This document shows, piece by piece, positions 36,020 to 45,948 of a stretch of DNA of 64,000 nt. Position 1 is the stretch's first letter, and every line of letters begins with the position of its first letter. Origin of the DNA: an uncultured Bacteroidales bacterium (GTDB lineage Bacteria; Bacteroidota; Bacteroidia; Bacteroidales; VadinHA17); NCBI GenBank assembly GCA_963844935.1, contig CAWJQH010000003.1:172430-236429 (forward strand), given 5' to 3'. The position numbers were made by a program, and so were the translations under genes. A model generated the notes under the pieces. The model searched no databases. It saw only the letters and a program-made list of their open reading frames with translations, and was not told the DNA's origin.

Positions 36020-37225
36020 ATGAAAAACTTACTTTTCGCCGTGGTGGCACTTAGCCTGTTAACAGCACCACTGTCAGCACAGAAAAAAAATAAGGAAACT
36101 GCAGTCACTCCTGAAGGATATAAATTCACCACCGTTGTCTCATTGCCAGCCACACCGGTCAAGAACCAGTCCGCCACAGGCACATGCTGGTGTTTTGCCA
36201 CAACATCATTCATGGAATCGGAACTGCTCCGTCTCGGCAAGGGCGAGTATGATCTTTCCGAGATGTTTGTCGTAAGGAATACTTACCAGAACAGGATATG
36301 GGACAACTACCTGAGGGAGGGCCGTGGCAACATTAATGAAGGAAGTCTTTCGCCCTCATGGATAAGGGTTTTTAATAAATCAGGGATAGTGCCTCAGGAG
36401 GTGTACTCCGGAATAAGTTACAGTTCCCCGGTACATAATCACCGTGAACTTCAGGCATATATCGAGGCTGTAACAGCAGTGCCGTTAAAGAACAGGCAAA
36501 TGAGCGCTGAATCGCAGGAGGTTACAGATGCAATTCTTGATATCTACCTCGGCGAGGTACCCGGGACTTTTATCTACAAAGGAGAGACCTATACACCAAA
36601 ATCGTTCGCTGCCAGCCTCGGCCTGGACATGAACAACTACGTGAATATCACCTCTTTTATGCATTTCCCATTCTACACCCAGGGAGTTCTTGAGGTGCGT
36701 GACAACTGGGAGATGACACGATTCTATAACGTTCCTCTTGATGAACTGATAATGATAACGGACAATGCGCTTTCAAAGGGTTTCACTGTTGACTGGGATG
36801 GTGACGTCAGCGAGAAGGGCTTCTCGCACTCAAAGGGAGTGGCTGTCAATCCTGATGTAACGAATATTGATAATTTTTCAGTCACTGACCGTGCACGCTT
36901 TGAGAAGATGCCTGTTCAGGAGCGTATGGCAGAGGTTTACAAATTTGAAAAACCCTGGCCTGAGATTGCTGTCACCCAGGAGATACGTCAGAAAGGATAC
37001 GAGACGTTTGTGACAACGGATGATCACCTGATGCATCTCACTGGTATTGTAAAAGACCAGAACGGTACGAAATACTACGTTACGAAGAACTCCTGGGGCA
37101 CGGAAAGGAATCCGTTCGGCGGTTACCTGAACATGTCGGAGAGTTTCGTCAGGGCAAAGACCATATATATTATGGTGCACAAGGATGCTGTTCCGGCTGA
37201 TATCAGGCAGAAGCTCGGGTTTTAA
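36020..37225 (+). CDS. pepC: aminopeptidase C / bleomycin hydrolase family cysteine peptidase (C1B)
   Basis: Signal peptide followed by QSATGTCWCFATTSFMESE (catalytic Cys) and a C-terminal NSWG segment (VTKNSWG); 401 aa. Confidence 0.85.
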   Translation: MKNLLFAVVALSLLTAPLSAQKKNKETAVTPEGYKFTTVVSLPATPVKNQSATGTCWCFATTSFMESELLRLGKGEYDLSEMFVVRNTYQNRIWDNYLREGRGNINEGSLSPSWIRVFNKSGIVPQEVYSGISYSSPVHNHRELQAYIEAVTAVPLKNRQMSAESQEVTDAILDIYLGEVPGTFIYKGETYTPKSFAASLGLDMNNYVNITSFMHFPFYTQGVLEVRDNWEMTRFYNVPLDELIMITDNALSKGFTVDWDGDVSEKGFSHSKGVAVNPDVTNIDNFSVTDRARFEKMPVQERMAEVYKFEKPWPEIAVTQEIRQKGYETFVTTDDHLMHLTGIVKDQNGTKYYVTKNSWGTERNPFGGYLNMSESFVRAKTIYIMVHKDAVPADIRQKLGF

Positions 37226-37231
37226 TCCGGG

Positions 37232-38815
37232 TCAGTAAACGAACCCCGGTTCTTTTTTCAGCAAGGGATAAAACCAGGCGTAGAACAGCGAAAAGAAAAC
37301 AAAAAGATTCTGTCCTGACTGTGACTCAAAGGAATTGTTGCCGGTGAAATTTACCAGGAAAACAATGAGGAACAGGATGAACATGAAAGATTCATGTGCC
37401 CTGTTCTTCACAAGGAAATAACCGTACAGCGCCGCAATGATTATCATTCCGGCAATCCCCAGGGTAAGCAGGATGTAGAGGAACTGATTGTGCGGCCTCA
37501 TATTCAGCCCTGCAAGGGTGGAGCCATTCTTTTTAATGCCATAATCCACAGCCTTCAGGATGCTGCCGGTGCCCCAGCCCAGAACAGGGTGCTCTTTAAA
37601 GGCCTCCCGTGAAGCTCTCCATACATCAATTCTTTTTGTCAGGGAACCCCACGAGGTAACTTTACGCGAACTCTGATAATAGATCTGCAGGCTCATTATC
37701 TCTTCATAAGCTCTTATATAAAATCCGGGCCTTTTGATATTCAAATAATTGGTTGTTCCTCTTTCAATTGCCCTTATCTCACTGCCGGCAAGTTGCATCA
37801 AACCTTCCCTGTCCTTTTTAAGGCTCCGCGAAGACATATACCTGTACAATGTGGCCCTGAGCTCCTGGTTCATTAAATCATTTCCGTCAAAATCCAGGTC
37901 GCTCCTTTCATTCCAGGCATCCCTCAGTTCGTCGTCAGCAATATAGATATAGACCGGATTACCGTTCTCTCTTATCCTGTTTATGGTGTCATGCAGGTAT
38001 GGAGTGCCATGGACGGTGTACTTCTCAAGCGTCCTGAAATCAGTCGGTGTTTCGGCATGAGTCTGCTTATAGATACTGACCATCGGCCATATTGCCAGTC
38101 CTGTCATAAGAATAACAAGGGCCGGCACTGAAACTTTAAGAAGCAAGCTTTTTACCCTGGTGACAAAAATCACTGTCACGAAGACCATTACAGCAGCAAA
38201 AGAAGCAATGGCTGACAGGGCCCTCAGGTAGAACAGGAAAAAGATAAGCCAGGCAGATATTGCCAGGCTCAGGTAAAGTAACATCCTGTTGCCGGTCATC
38301 TGTCTTACGAGCAAAGGCAACTGAAAGGCTGCAATAATCAGCATTATTCCAAGATAGGCACCCGGGATAAAGGGTGAGGCTTCACGGAAGAAAGGATTTG
38401 ACTGGAAAACCCTGCTGAAGAACCCAATAAATGATACCACCAGAACCGATGATATGAACAGCAACAACAGCACCCTTATTTTGTTCCTGTCTGGCAGCGG
38501 CGATGTGGCAAGGATTAGCGGCAGGAACAGCGTGGGAGATTTATGAAGCAGGTCATTCTTGAATGCATATCCTGTATCCTGCGTCCATATCAGCCCGATT
38601 ACGTTCAGGATATAAATCAGCATTAAAGCAACAGCAGATTTGTCAGACCGCAGTTTATTGAACTTCGCTTTAAAATCAGCTTCTGCCAGCCAGTTACATA
38701 AAAGAAGGATCTCGCTTATCGTCAAAAAATACCTTGACGACGGCAGGGAGACCACAAAAAGACACAAAGAAGCAAAATATACGAGTTGATGTACTGATTT
38801 CCTGGTTATGGGCAT
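37232..38815 (-). CDS. O-antigen ligase / Wzy-like polytopic membrane protein
   Basis: 527 aa with at least 10 predicted TM helices. A large soluble loop precedes the Wzy_C-type motif RPHNQFLYILLTLGIAGMII. Confidence 0.65.
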   Translation of the reverse strand: MPITRKSVHQLVYFASLCLFVVSLPSSRYFLTISEILLLCNWLAEADFKAKFNKLRSDKSAVALMLIYILNVIGLIWTQDTGYAFKNDLLHKSPTLFLPLILATSPLPDRNKIRVLLLLFISSVLVVSFIGFFSRVFQSNPFFREASPFIPGAYLGIMLIIAAFQLPLLVRQMTGNRMLLYLSLAISAWLIFFLFYLRALSAIASFAAVMVFVTVIFVTRVKSLLLKVSVPALVILMTGLAIWPMVSIYKQTHAETPTDFRTLEKYTVHGTPYLHDTINRIRENGNPVYIYIADDELRDAWNERSDLDFDGNDLMNQELRATLYRYMSSRSLKKDREGLMQLAGSEIRAIERGTTNYLNIKRPGFYIRAYEEIMSLQIYYQSSRKVTSWGSLTKRIDVWRASREAFKEHPVLGWGTGSILKAVDYGIKKNGSTLAGLNMRPHNQFLYILLTLGIAGMIIIAALYGYFLVKNRAHESFMFILFLIVFLVNFTGNNSFESQSGQNLFVFFSLFYAWFYPLLKKEPGFVY

Positions 38816-38818
38816 GTC

Positions 38819-39667
38819 TTACACCAGATGTCTGAACCGTTCCGGAATTCTTATAACCGGTTTCTCAAGGAGCATCCCCGGCTTATTAAGCGCAAACAGC
38901 GGACGAAAAAGGTTTTCTCTTCTTCTTGCCTGCTTAAAAAACGCATCGCCGTCAACAGGGGTCTTTTTCGTGATCAGGTCAAACAATTCAAACCTTCTGT
39001 CGAGGTGACCCTGCCAGCCGGCATGAAGCAGCAACTCGTCTTCCATTTTCCCCTTTGAAATCGCGTAATCAACCATTCCAAAATGAAACAGGAACAGATT
39101 CGGATCTATATGAAAGTTTTTGAACCTCACCCTGTGAAACCCCGACCCCCAGGTAAGAGGACGGGTTGCAACAATTGCCTTTGTATATCGTGCCGATACA
39201 TGGGCAAAACTCCTTTGCTCAAGGAAGGGGCGCGCAGGATCGATAGGCTGTTCGAGGTCGAGATGCTGTCCCACATCCAGTCCGAGTGCCGAGAGTGATG
39301 CGGATCGCACATGACGCTGAAGGTAATCGGCCAGGCTGAGATTTTGTCTGGGATCTGCCACAAGAATTTCATCTATATCATGTGCAATGATCAGGTCATA
39401 CCTTTGGAACAATGCCTTCACAAAGTAGGAGATCACATCTATGCGGTTCCTGTCTCCCCGGTCCCTGTTCAGCTTGACCCGGGGAATCCTTATTACATTA
39501 ATTGATCCATTGCCTTCAGGAAAAGCCTGATCGTGTCCGTCCAGGATAAGAAAGAGATTTTCATAACCAAGCTGCGTTCCATAATATTCTATCCACTTCG
39601 GGATAAAGAACCGGTCATTTCTGACCATGGATACAACTCCGATCTTTTTGCGACTGTTTCCGGACAT
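38819..39667 (-). CDS. putative glycosyltransferase (GT2/GT92-like fold)
   Basis: 282 aa; N-terminus IGVVSMVRNDRFFIPKWIEYY and ILDGHDQ resemble stand-alone GT-A glycosyltransferases; 3 nt upstream of the Wzy-like gene. Confidence 0.5.
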   Translation of the reverse strand: MSGNSRKKIGVVSMVRNDRFFIPKWIEYYGTQLGYENLFLILDGHDQAFPEGNGSINVIRIPRVKLNRDRGDRNRIDVISYFVKALFQRYDLIIAHDIDEILVADPRQNLSLADYLQRHVRSASLSALGLDVGQHLDLEQPIDPARPFLEQRSFAHVSARYTKAIVATRPLTWGSGFHRVRFKNFHIDPNLFLFHFGMVDYAISKGKMEDELLLHAGWQGHLDRRFELFDLITKKTPVDGDAFFKQARRRENLFRPLFALNKPGMLLEKPVIRIPERFRHLV

Positions 39668-39732
39668 CCGTCTCTGTTTTTCAGGCTAAAATTGTAAAAA
39701 ATTATTTAATACAGTAAATTTACAATAAAACT

Positions 39733-40755
39733 ATGTCAGATAACACCGCTTCTGCCCACGGAAATCCTATCGATGCGGTAATCCTGTGGGTTGACGGCAA
39801 TGACATCAGGATTACAGAAAAAAGGAATCATTACCTTTCTCTGGAAAATAAAGCCGGTGCCCACCAGGGAGCTCTTCCGACACGTTTCGCATCATCAGAC
39901 GAAATAAGGTATTGTGTCCTGTCAATTTTAACCTTTGCTCCTTTTATCAGGAATATATTCATTGTCACCGATGAACAGGACCCTGATCTTTATGATGATG
40001 TCAGGGCCAGGTTTCCCGAAAAGGCGGACTGTCTGAAAATCGTTGACCACAAGGAGATCTTCAGGGGTTACGAGCAGTATCTTCCGACTTTCAACAGCTC
40101 GTCAATTCAGGCTCTGATCTGGAGAATTGAAGGGCTCTCAGAAAGATTCATCTATTTTAATGATGATGTGATTCTTATAAGGGAAACAAAGGCCGGGGAC
40201 TGGTTTGCAGGTGAGAGCCCGGTTCTGATGGGCAAGTGGCTGTTCCCTCCCTACAGGAGGATCGCCGGAATTAACCTGAAAGCCTTAATAAACAAATATA
40301 TACTGAACAACAAGGATCACCAGCCCAGGATCTCATTTTATATCCGCCAGTGGAAGAGTGCGGTTGTGCTGGGGATGAAAGGGCGGTATTTTTTCCATGA
40401 TCACACACCTCATCCGATGAGGATAAAAACGCTTGAGAATTTTTTCGCAGCGAACAGGGAGCTGCTTGAAAAAACCATTTCATACCGCTTCAGGGATTCC
40501 GGGCAGATAATTGCCCCCTCTGTAGCCTATCATCTTGAGATCCTAAACGGCAACAGAAATTATGGAAAACTCAGGCTGGGGTATTTCCATCCTTACTATT
40601 CGGAGAATCGACTGAACAGAAGAATCAAACGCTGCATGAGTGACTCCCGGATTAAATTTATCTGCATTCAGAGCATAGAGCTGCTCAGCAGCAGGCAGCG
40701 GGAAAAAATTTTCAGGTGGATGGATACAATTTTAAATTTGCAACCAAAAACATGA
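39733..40755 (+). CDS. Stealth-family hexose-1-phosphoryltransferase (capsule phosphotransferase-like), paralog 1
   Basis: Stealth conserved regions: DAVILWVDGND (CR1), TRFASSDEIRYCVLSILTFAPFIRNIFIVTDEQ (CR2), and LPTFNSSSIQALIWRIEGLSERFIYFNDD (CR3). Confidence 0.8.
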   Translation: MSDNTASAHGNPIDAVILWVDGNDIRITEKRNHYLSLENKAGAHQGALPTRFASSDEIRYCVLSILTFAPFIRNIFIVTDEQDPDLYDDVRARFPEKADCLKIVDHKEIFRGYEQYLPTFNSSSIQALIWRIEGLSERFIYFNDDVILIRETKAGDWFAGESPVLMGKWLFPPYRRIAGINLKALINKYILNNKDHQPRISFYIRQWKSAVVLGMKGRYFFHDHTPHPMRIKTLENFFAANRELLEKTISYRFRDSGQIIAPSVAYHLEILNGNRNYGKLRLGYFHPYYSENRLNRRIKRCMSDSRIKFICIQSIELLSSRQREKIFRWMDTILNLQPKT

Positions 40756-41771
40756 TTTCCATGACAAGCAACAGACCTTCTGAAGCCAATCCTCCCATTG
40801 ATGTGGTGATAGCCTGGGTTGACGGCGATGACCCTAAACTGGCACAGAAGAGAAGCAATTATATTCATGGGACAGACATTCCCTTGGGGTCAGGTGCGCA
40901 CTCAACGCGTTTTGCCTCGTCGAATGAAATCCGTTATTGCGTCCTGTCTGTCCTGAGATTTGCCCCGTTTGTCAGGAACATCTTCATTGTCACCGATGAG
41001 CAGGATCCCGGAATCCATGATGACGTGCGAAAATATTTTCCTGAAAGGCTTGAATCAATAAGGATAGTTGATCATAAAGAGATCTTTGAGGGATACGAAA
41101 ACTGTTTGCCGACCTTCAACAGCATCTCCATTGCGAATATGATATGGAGAATAAAAGGCCTCTCTGAAAATTTTGTCTATTTCAATGATGATACTTTCCT
41201 GATAAGCAGCATAAAGCCCGAAGAGTGGTTCGTTAACGGCAGGCCTGTATTACGTGGCAGATGGGTCGCGGCAACAACTCCAAGGGCAATGTGGAACAGC
41301 ATCAGGATTGCATTCAACAGGCGTCTTCTCGGTAAAAAAGACTTTGAACCAAGGGCTTCCTTCCATCTGGGTCAGTGGAATGCTGCTGCATTGCTCGGAT
41401 TTAAATTCAGGTATTTCACAAACAGCCACACGCCGCACTCAGTCAACCGGAAGCTGGTTGAAGATTATTTCAGCAAAAACGACTCGGTCCTCAGGAAAAA
41501 CATTTCATTTCGTTTCCGCGACCATTCACAGTTCACTTTCATCTCACTTTCAAATCATCTGCAGCTTCTTGCCGGCAACAGGCATATTGCCGGACCGGCC
41601 CTGGCTTACCTTAAACCTCAGGGCCATGCAGATGATTACGTGGACAGGAAAATAGCTCTGTGTGAAAACAACCCGGTCATCAGGTTCATGTGCATTCAGG
41701 GCCTTGAAATGTGCAGAAATGAAGACCGGGAGAAGCTGTTCAGTTGGCTCGACAGGAGACTGGAGCTTTGA
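40752..41771 (+). CDS. Stealth-family hexose-1-phosphoryltransferase, paralog 2
   Basis: Same CR1-CR3 motifs (DVVIAWVDGDD; TRFASSNEIRYCVLSVLRFAPFVRNIFIVTDEQ; LPTFNSISIANMIWRIKGLSENFVYFNDD). It is collinear with paralog 1, and ATG 40752 overlaps the paralog 1 stop (ATGA). Confidence 0.8.
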   Translation: MISMTSNRPSEANPPIDVVIAWVDGDDPKLAQKRSNYIHGTDIPLGSGAHSTRFASSNEIRYCVLSVLRFAPFVRNIFIVTDEQDPGIHDDVRKYFPERLESIRIVDHKEIFEGYENCLPTFNSISIANMIWRIKGLSENFVYFNDDTFLISSIKPEEWFVNGRPVLRGRWVAATTPRAMWNSIRIAFNRRLLGKKDFEPRASFHLGQWNAAALLGFKFRYFTNSHTPHSVNRKLVEDYFSKNDSVLRKNISFRFRDHSQFTFISLSNHLQLLAGNRHIAGPALAYLKPQGHADDYVDRKIALCENNPVIRFMCIQGLEMCRNEDREKLFSWLDRRLEL

Positions 41772-41794
41772 AAGCCTGAAGCTTTAAATAATAA

Positions 41795-42793
41795 CTAAGT
41801 CACCATCAGGCTGCATCCCCTGATATCGGAATTATCAAACCTCCCCAGGACCTCAAACGTGCCACCTTCGCTCATCCTTCCAATGTCGGAGGTGGCGATG
41901 AATGAACATGACCATATGTTCGCCAGGTCTATGATGCTTATGCCTCCTGACGCCCCGGCCTCAGTTGTATGTGATGACGGATCATGGCTGTCGCGCATCA
42001 GCACTTTCATCCATGGCGGTGCAGTGAAAAGACCGTCCGCCGCAGAGTAAGCCTGGCTCAGCAATTCGGTCATACCGTACTCAGAATGTACTGCACTTAC
42101 GTTAAATGCTGCCTTAAGTTTTCCGTGCAGCTCTTCCCTTATCATCTCCTGCCTTCTCCCCTTCATGCCTCCCGTCTCCATAATGATAACGTCACTCAGA
42201 TCGCAGGGGTGCTTTTCCGCCAGGTCAAGCAGTGCAAAGGTCACTCCGAAAAGAAGAACCTTCAGCTTCGCCCGGCGAGCCTTGCCGACAGCCCTTAGCA
42301 AGCCCTCGGAATCATACAGGAAGAAGCCGCCGCTAGTATTTCCCGAGAGGTCAATTAGTGTTTTCACCATATAGACCAGTGACGACCCGTCGCGTTCAAG
42401 ATATGAGGGAAGGAGGCCCATTATTGCATACTGTGAAGGATCGCCGTAGAAGCGTCTGAAAGTACGTGCCAGGCTCTCGTCGCAGAGGGCAAGGCTTTTC
42501 ACTGCATGCCTGCTTTGCCGCATACCGGCGGTGCCGCTGCTGAGAAAGATCTTCTCCGGTTCACCGCCGCCGGTAATGACAGGGTGATCCCTGAAAAAGG
42601 AAACAGGCAGGAAAGGGATCTTAAGAATGCCATCAACCTTCTGCGGGTCAATTCCAAGGAGGTTTATATACTGGCTGTAAACAGGACACTCATGTGCCTG
42701 AAAACGGAAGATCTCCAGCGCCAGCTTTTCAAACGATTTATTATCAGCAACACTGAAGATCTCTTCCGGCAACGGCGGCTTCATCACTGTCAC
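41795..42793 (-). CDS. LuxE/PaaK-like acyl-protein synthetase / adenylate-forming enzyme
   Basis: 332 aa; FRFQAHECPVYSQY, IPFLPVSFF and SSGTAGMRQSRH resemble the LuxE-like proteins common in Bacteroidetes. The start is either GTG 42793 or ATG 42784. Confidence 0.6.
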   Translation of the reverse strand: MTVMKPPLPEEIFSVADNKSFEKLALEIFRFQAHECPVYSQYINLLGIDPQKVDGILKIPFLPVSFFRDHPVITGGGEPEKIFLSSGTAGMRQSRHAVKSLALCDESLARTFRRFYGDPSQYAIMGLLPSYLERDGSSLVYMVKTLIDLSGNTSGGFFLYDSEGLLRAVGKARRAKLKVLLFGVTFALLDLAEKHPCDLSDVIIMETGGMKGRRQEMIREELHGKLKAAFNVSAVHSEYGMTELLSQAYSAADGLFTAPPWMKVLMRDSHDPSSHTTEAGASGGISIIDLANIWSCSFIATSDIGRMSEGGTFEVLGRFDNSDIRGCSLMVT

Positions 42794-43314
42794 GGGAACT
42801 GCGTTGAGCCGTCAGGCTGAAAAACCCACTCGAATTTGCAGGTGGCGTAGGGAGCTTCTCCTGAAAGGTCAAGGGTCACATCGATGATCCTGATCTTGGC
42901 GTACCTTTCATCTTCAGTCCTTACCACCCACACCTGGTTTTCCTTCAGCGGTGCAGCCAGCTCGATATATGCAGCGGCTCCAACAGAGCTAAGGGCATCG
43001 AAAGCGCTTTTGGCAGCACTCTCGGTGCCGTATTCGCCCTTGAGGGCGAACGACGGCTCAAGAGTGTTAGCCGATAAAAATGCTTCGGTGGGGCCTCCGG
43101 TGGTCAGTGATCCTGCCTGAATATCAATATCATAAGGTTCAGTGAGCGTTGAAACCAGGTCGGCTGCAGCAAATGAAAATCCCAGCGCATAGTACGGACC
43201 ACTGCCAAAGAGTTCATTCGTCACCGTTATTGTGCCTGATGTCGGAACATCATCGCCGCCGCACCCCGGAAGAAGGAGCAGGACAGCCAGTGCCGGTATG
43301 AGCCGCAGTTTCAT
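42790..43314 (-). CDS. lipoprotein of unknown function
   Basis: 174 aa with a signal peptide and lipobox (LLLLPGCGG). Its start overlaps the pgk stop (TAATG) and its stop abuts the LuxE-like start. Confidence 0.6.
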   Translation of the reverse strand: MKLRLIPALAVLLLLPGCGGDDVPTSGTITVTNELFGSGPYYALGFSFAAADLVSTLTEPYDIDIQAGSLTTGGPTEAFLSANTLEPSFALKGEYGTESAAKSAFDALSSVGAAAYIELAAPLKENQVWVVRTEDERYAKIRIIDVTLDLSGEAPYATCKFEWVFQPDGSTQFP

Positions 43315-44576
43315 TACTCTCCCCTTATTGCTGTTATGCCGGGCAGTTTCTTGCCTTCCATATACTCAAGCATTGCACCGCCGCCGGTCGACACGTAACT
43401 CACCTTGTCTGCCAGGTTATTCTTGTTGATGGCTGCAACAGAATCACCTCCGCCGATGAGCGAGTAGGCTCCCTTTTCTGTTGCCGCAGCCACTGCTTTT
43501 GCTATGGCCGTGGTGCCTGCAGCAAACTTCTCCATTTCAAAGACACCCATCGGGCCGTTCCAGAGAATAGTCTTTGAATCCATTATAACCTTCTCGAAAA
43601 GTGCGATGCTCTTTGGCCCTATGTCAAGTCCCATCCATCCGTCCTTCACATCATCTATTGCTGACAAATAAGTATTTGCTTCGGCATCAAACTTGTCGGC
43701 GTTGATCCCGTCAACCGGGAAGATAAGATTTACTCCCCTGGCTTTTGCTTTTTCAATGACGGCCCTTGCGATATCCAGCTTGTCTTCCTCACACAGTGAA
43801 TTGCCTATCCTGCCTCCCTGTGCCTTTATGAAAGTATAGGTCATCCCACCGCCGATGATCAGGTTGTCAACCCTGTCAAGGAGGTTCTCGATGATGAGTA
43901 TCTTGTCGGATACCTTTGCTCCTCCCATTACTGCAGTGAACGGTTTGCCGGGGTTCTTCAGCACCTTGTCCATGGCAGCCAGCTCGCTGTTGATGAGGAA
44001 GCCGAACATCCTTTTATCTTCCGGAAAATAATCAGCCATCACCGCGGTGGTTGCATGGGCCCTGTGTGCCGTGCCGAAGGCATCATTGACATATATGTCG
44101 GCATACCCCGAAAGTTTTTTGGCCATCTCTTTCTGCTTTACCTTCAGTGCAGCTTTGGCGGCTTTCTTCTCCTCGTCCGTGGCTGTTTCGGGAAGTATAG
44201 GCTTACCCTCTTCCTCCGGATAGAACCTGACGTTTTCAAGCATCATCACCTCTCCGGGTTTCATGGCAGCAGCCAGGGCTGCGGTCTCCTCACCGAGAGC
44301 GTCGGGAGCAAAGGCTACCTTCATGCCAAGTAGATTCTCGAGCACCGGCATGACAGGTTTGAGCGAGTATTTCTCCTGAACCCCTTCCGGGCGTCCCAGG
44401 TGCGACATCAGTATTGCCGATCCGCCATCGCTGACGATCTTTTTTATTGTTTTCAGCGCACCGCGGATACGTGTGTCGTCAGTGACCTCTCGTGTCTTCT
44501 TATCCAGCGGAACGTTGAAATCAACCCTTACAATGGCCTTGTGGCCTTTGAAATCGAAATTGTCAATTATTTTCAT
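43314..44576 (-). CDS. pgk: phosphoglycerate kinase
   Basis: 420 aa; [30 protein letters not shown] and STGGGA. Confidence 0.95.
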   Translation of the reverse strand: MKIIDNFDFKGHKAIVRVDFNVPLDKKTREVTDDTRIRGALKTIKKIVSDGGSAILMSHLGRPEGVQEKYSLKPVMPVLENLLGMKVAFAPDALGEETAALAAAMKPGEVMMLENVRFYPEEEGKPILPETATDEEKKAAKAALKVKQKEMAKKLSGYADIYVNDAFGTAHRAHATTAVMADYFPEDKRMFGFLINSELAAMDKVLKNPGKPFTAVMGGAKVSDKILIIENLLDRVDNLIIGGGMTYTFIKAQGGRIGNSLCEEDKLDIARAVIEKAKARGVNLIFPVDGINADKFDAEANTYLSAIDDVKDGWMGLDIGPKSIALFEKVIMDSKTILWNGPMGVFEMEKFAAGTTAIAKAVAAATEKGAYSLIGGGDSVAAINKNNLADKVSYVSTGGGAMLEYMEGKKLPGITAIRGE

Positions 44577-44611
44577 AGTTTATCTGTTTATGGTTTTCAT
44601 CAACCGGAATA

Positions 44612-44619
44612 CAAAGTTA
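44612..44619 (-). promoter_or_regulatory. -7 promoter motif TAACTTTG (minus strand) for pgk
   Basis: The reverse complement of CAAAGTTA is an exact TAnnTTTG match, 35 nt upstream of the pgk ATG. Confidence 0.4.
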
Positions 44620-44684
44620 ATCAATTTGAAAAACCCTGCTGTCTCCTGGTTGCACTCTGATCAGAATCATTCACTTTAAATTGC

Positions 44685-44692
44685 TAATTTTG
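44685..44692 (+). promoter_or_regulatory. -7 promoter motif TAATTTTG for holB
   Basis: Exact TAnnTTTG match 23 nt upstream of ATG 44716. Confidence 0.4.
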
Positions 44693-44715
44693 CTTTCCGT
44701 CACCAGCAAGCCAGG

Positions 44716-45843
44716 ATGAATTTTTCAGAGATACCCGGACAAAAAGCAGTTATCGACAGATTAAGGAGTTCTGTTGCTGAGAACCGTGTCAGCCACGCAT
44801 TGCTTTTTAACGGTCCGGAAGGAAGCGGCAAGTTCGCTATCGCCCTGGCATTTGCGCGTTATATCAGCTGTGAAAAACGCACTGCCGAAGATGCCTGCGG
44901 CGTCTGTCCGTCATGTGCCAAATACAACAAGCTTATACATCCTGACCTTCACTTCGTTTTTCCCGTTATAAAAAAGAAGGCCGGGACCGAACCGGTGAGT
45001 GACACATTCATTGCGCAATGGCGTGAGATGGTGCTCCGTTCACCGTGGTTCTCACTGAGCACCTGGACTGAAGCGATGGAAGTGGCGAACGAACAGGCGC
45101 TGATCCCGGTAGCCGAAGCTGCCGAGATAATAAAGAAGCTGAGTCTCAAATCGTTTGAGTCCGACTTTAAGATCATGATCATCTGGTTGCCGGAAAAGAT
45201 GAATGCCGAGACGGCCAACAAGCTCCTGAAGATTATAGAGGAACCGCCGGAAAGGACACTCTTCATTCTTGTCACCGAGGAGGAGGACAGGCTTCTGCCG
45301 ACAATCACCTCGCGCTGCCAGCATATAAGGATACCTGCCATATCTGCAGAAGACCTGAGTCTTTACCTTGAGACTAAGCTTGGCCTGGAGCGTGCCCGGG
45401 CAGCAGCAATAGCCGGCATTGCGAACGGCAATATGGTCAGGGCAATGGAGCTGGCCCGCGAAGACGACAACAGCATCCTCCACCTTGACCGGTTCACCAG
45501 GCTGATGCGGACAGCATATACCCGTGACATACAGACCATTGTTTCCTGGTCGGAGGAAACGGCAGCCCTGGGAAGGGAGAGACAGAAGAGTTTCCTTTCA
45601 TATTCGCTGCGTATGATCCGTGAAAACCTCATGCTCAACCTCGGCGGCAGGGAAAATAATTTTGTCTACCTCACACAGGATGAGGACGATTTCTCCAGAA
45701 AATTTCATCCGTTCATAAACGAAAAGAATATCAATGCCCTTGACCGTGAGTTCAACCTGGCGTATGCTCACATCGAAAGCAACGGTAACACCAAAATGAT
45801 CTTCCTCGATCTTGCCCTCAGGACAATGAGGCTCATCAGGTAA
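44716..45843 (+). CDS. holB: DNA polymerase III subunit delta-prime
   Basis: AAA+-like GPEGSGKFAIALAFARYISC, the zinc module CGVCPSCAKYNKLIHPDLHFVFP, and SRCQHIRI. Confidence 0.85.
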   Translation: MNFSEIPGQKAVIDRLRSSVAENRVSHALLFNGPEGSGKFAIALAFARYISCEKRTAEDACGVCPSCAKYNKLIHPDLHFVFPVIKKKAGTEPVSDTFIAQWREMVLRSPWFSLSTWTEAMEVANEQALIPVAEAAEIIKKLSLKSFESDFKIMIIWLPEKMNAETANKLLKIIEEPPERTLFILVTEEEDRLLPTITSRCQHIRIPAISAEDLSLYLETKLGLERARAAAIAGIANGNMVRAMELAREDDNSILHLDRFTRLMRTAYTRDIQTIVSWSEETAALGRERQKSFLSYSLRMIRENLMLNLGGRENNFVYLTQDEDDFSRKFHPFINEKNINALDREFNLAYAHIESNGNTKMIFLDLALRTMRLIR

Positions 45844-45879
45844 GTGTTCAGAGACTGTTGAAAATAGCTCTTTTATTCC

Positions 45880-45887
45880 TAAATTTG
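45880..45887 (+). promoter_or_regulatory. -7 promoter motif TAAATTTG
   Basis: Exact TAnnTTTG match (followed by CAT, as at the his and trp leaders) upstream of the PSP1 gene. Confidence 0.35.
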
Positions 45888-45948
45888 CATTCTCGTACCG
45901 GGCAGCCGTTAATTTTTAACCGTCATCCGGGAAATATTATATGTCACA

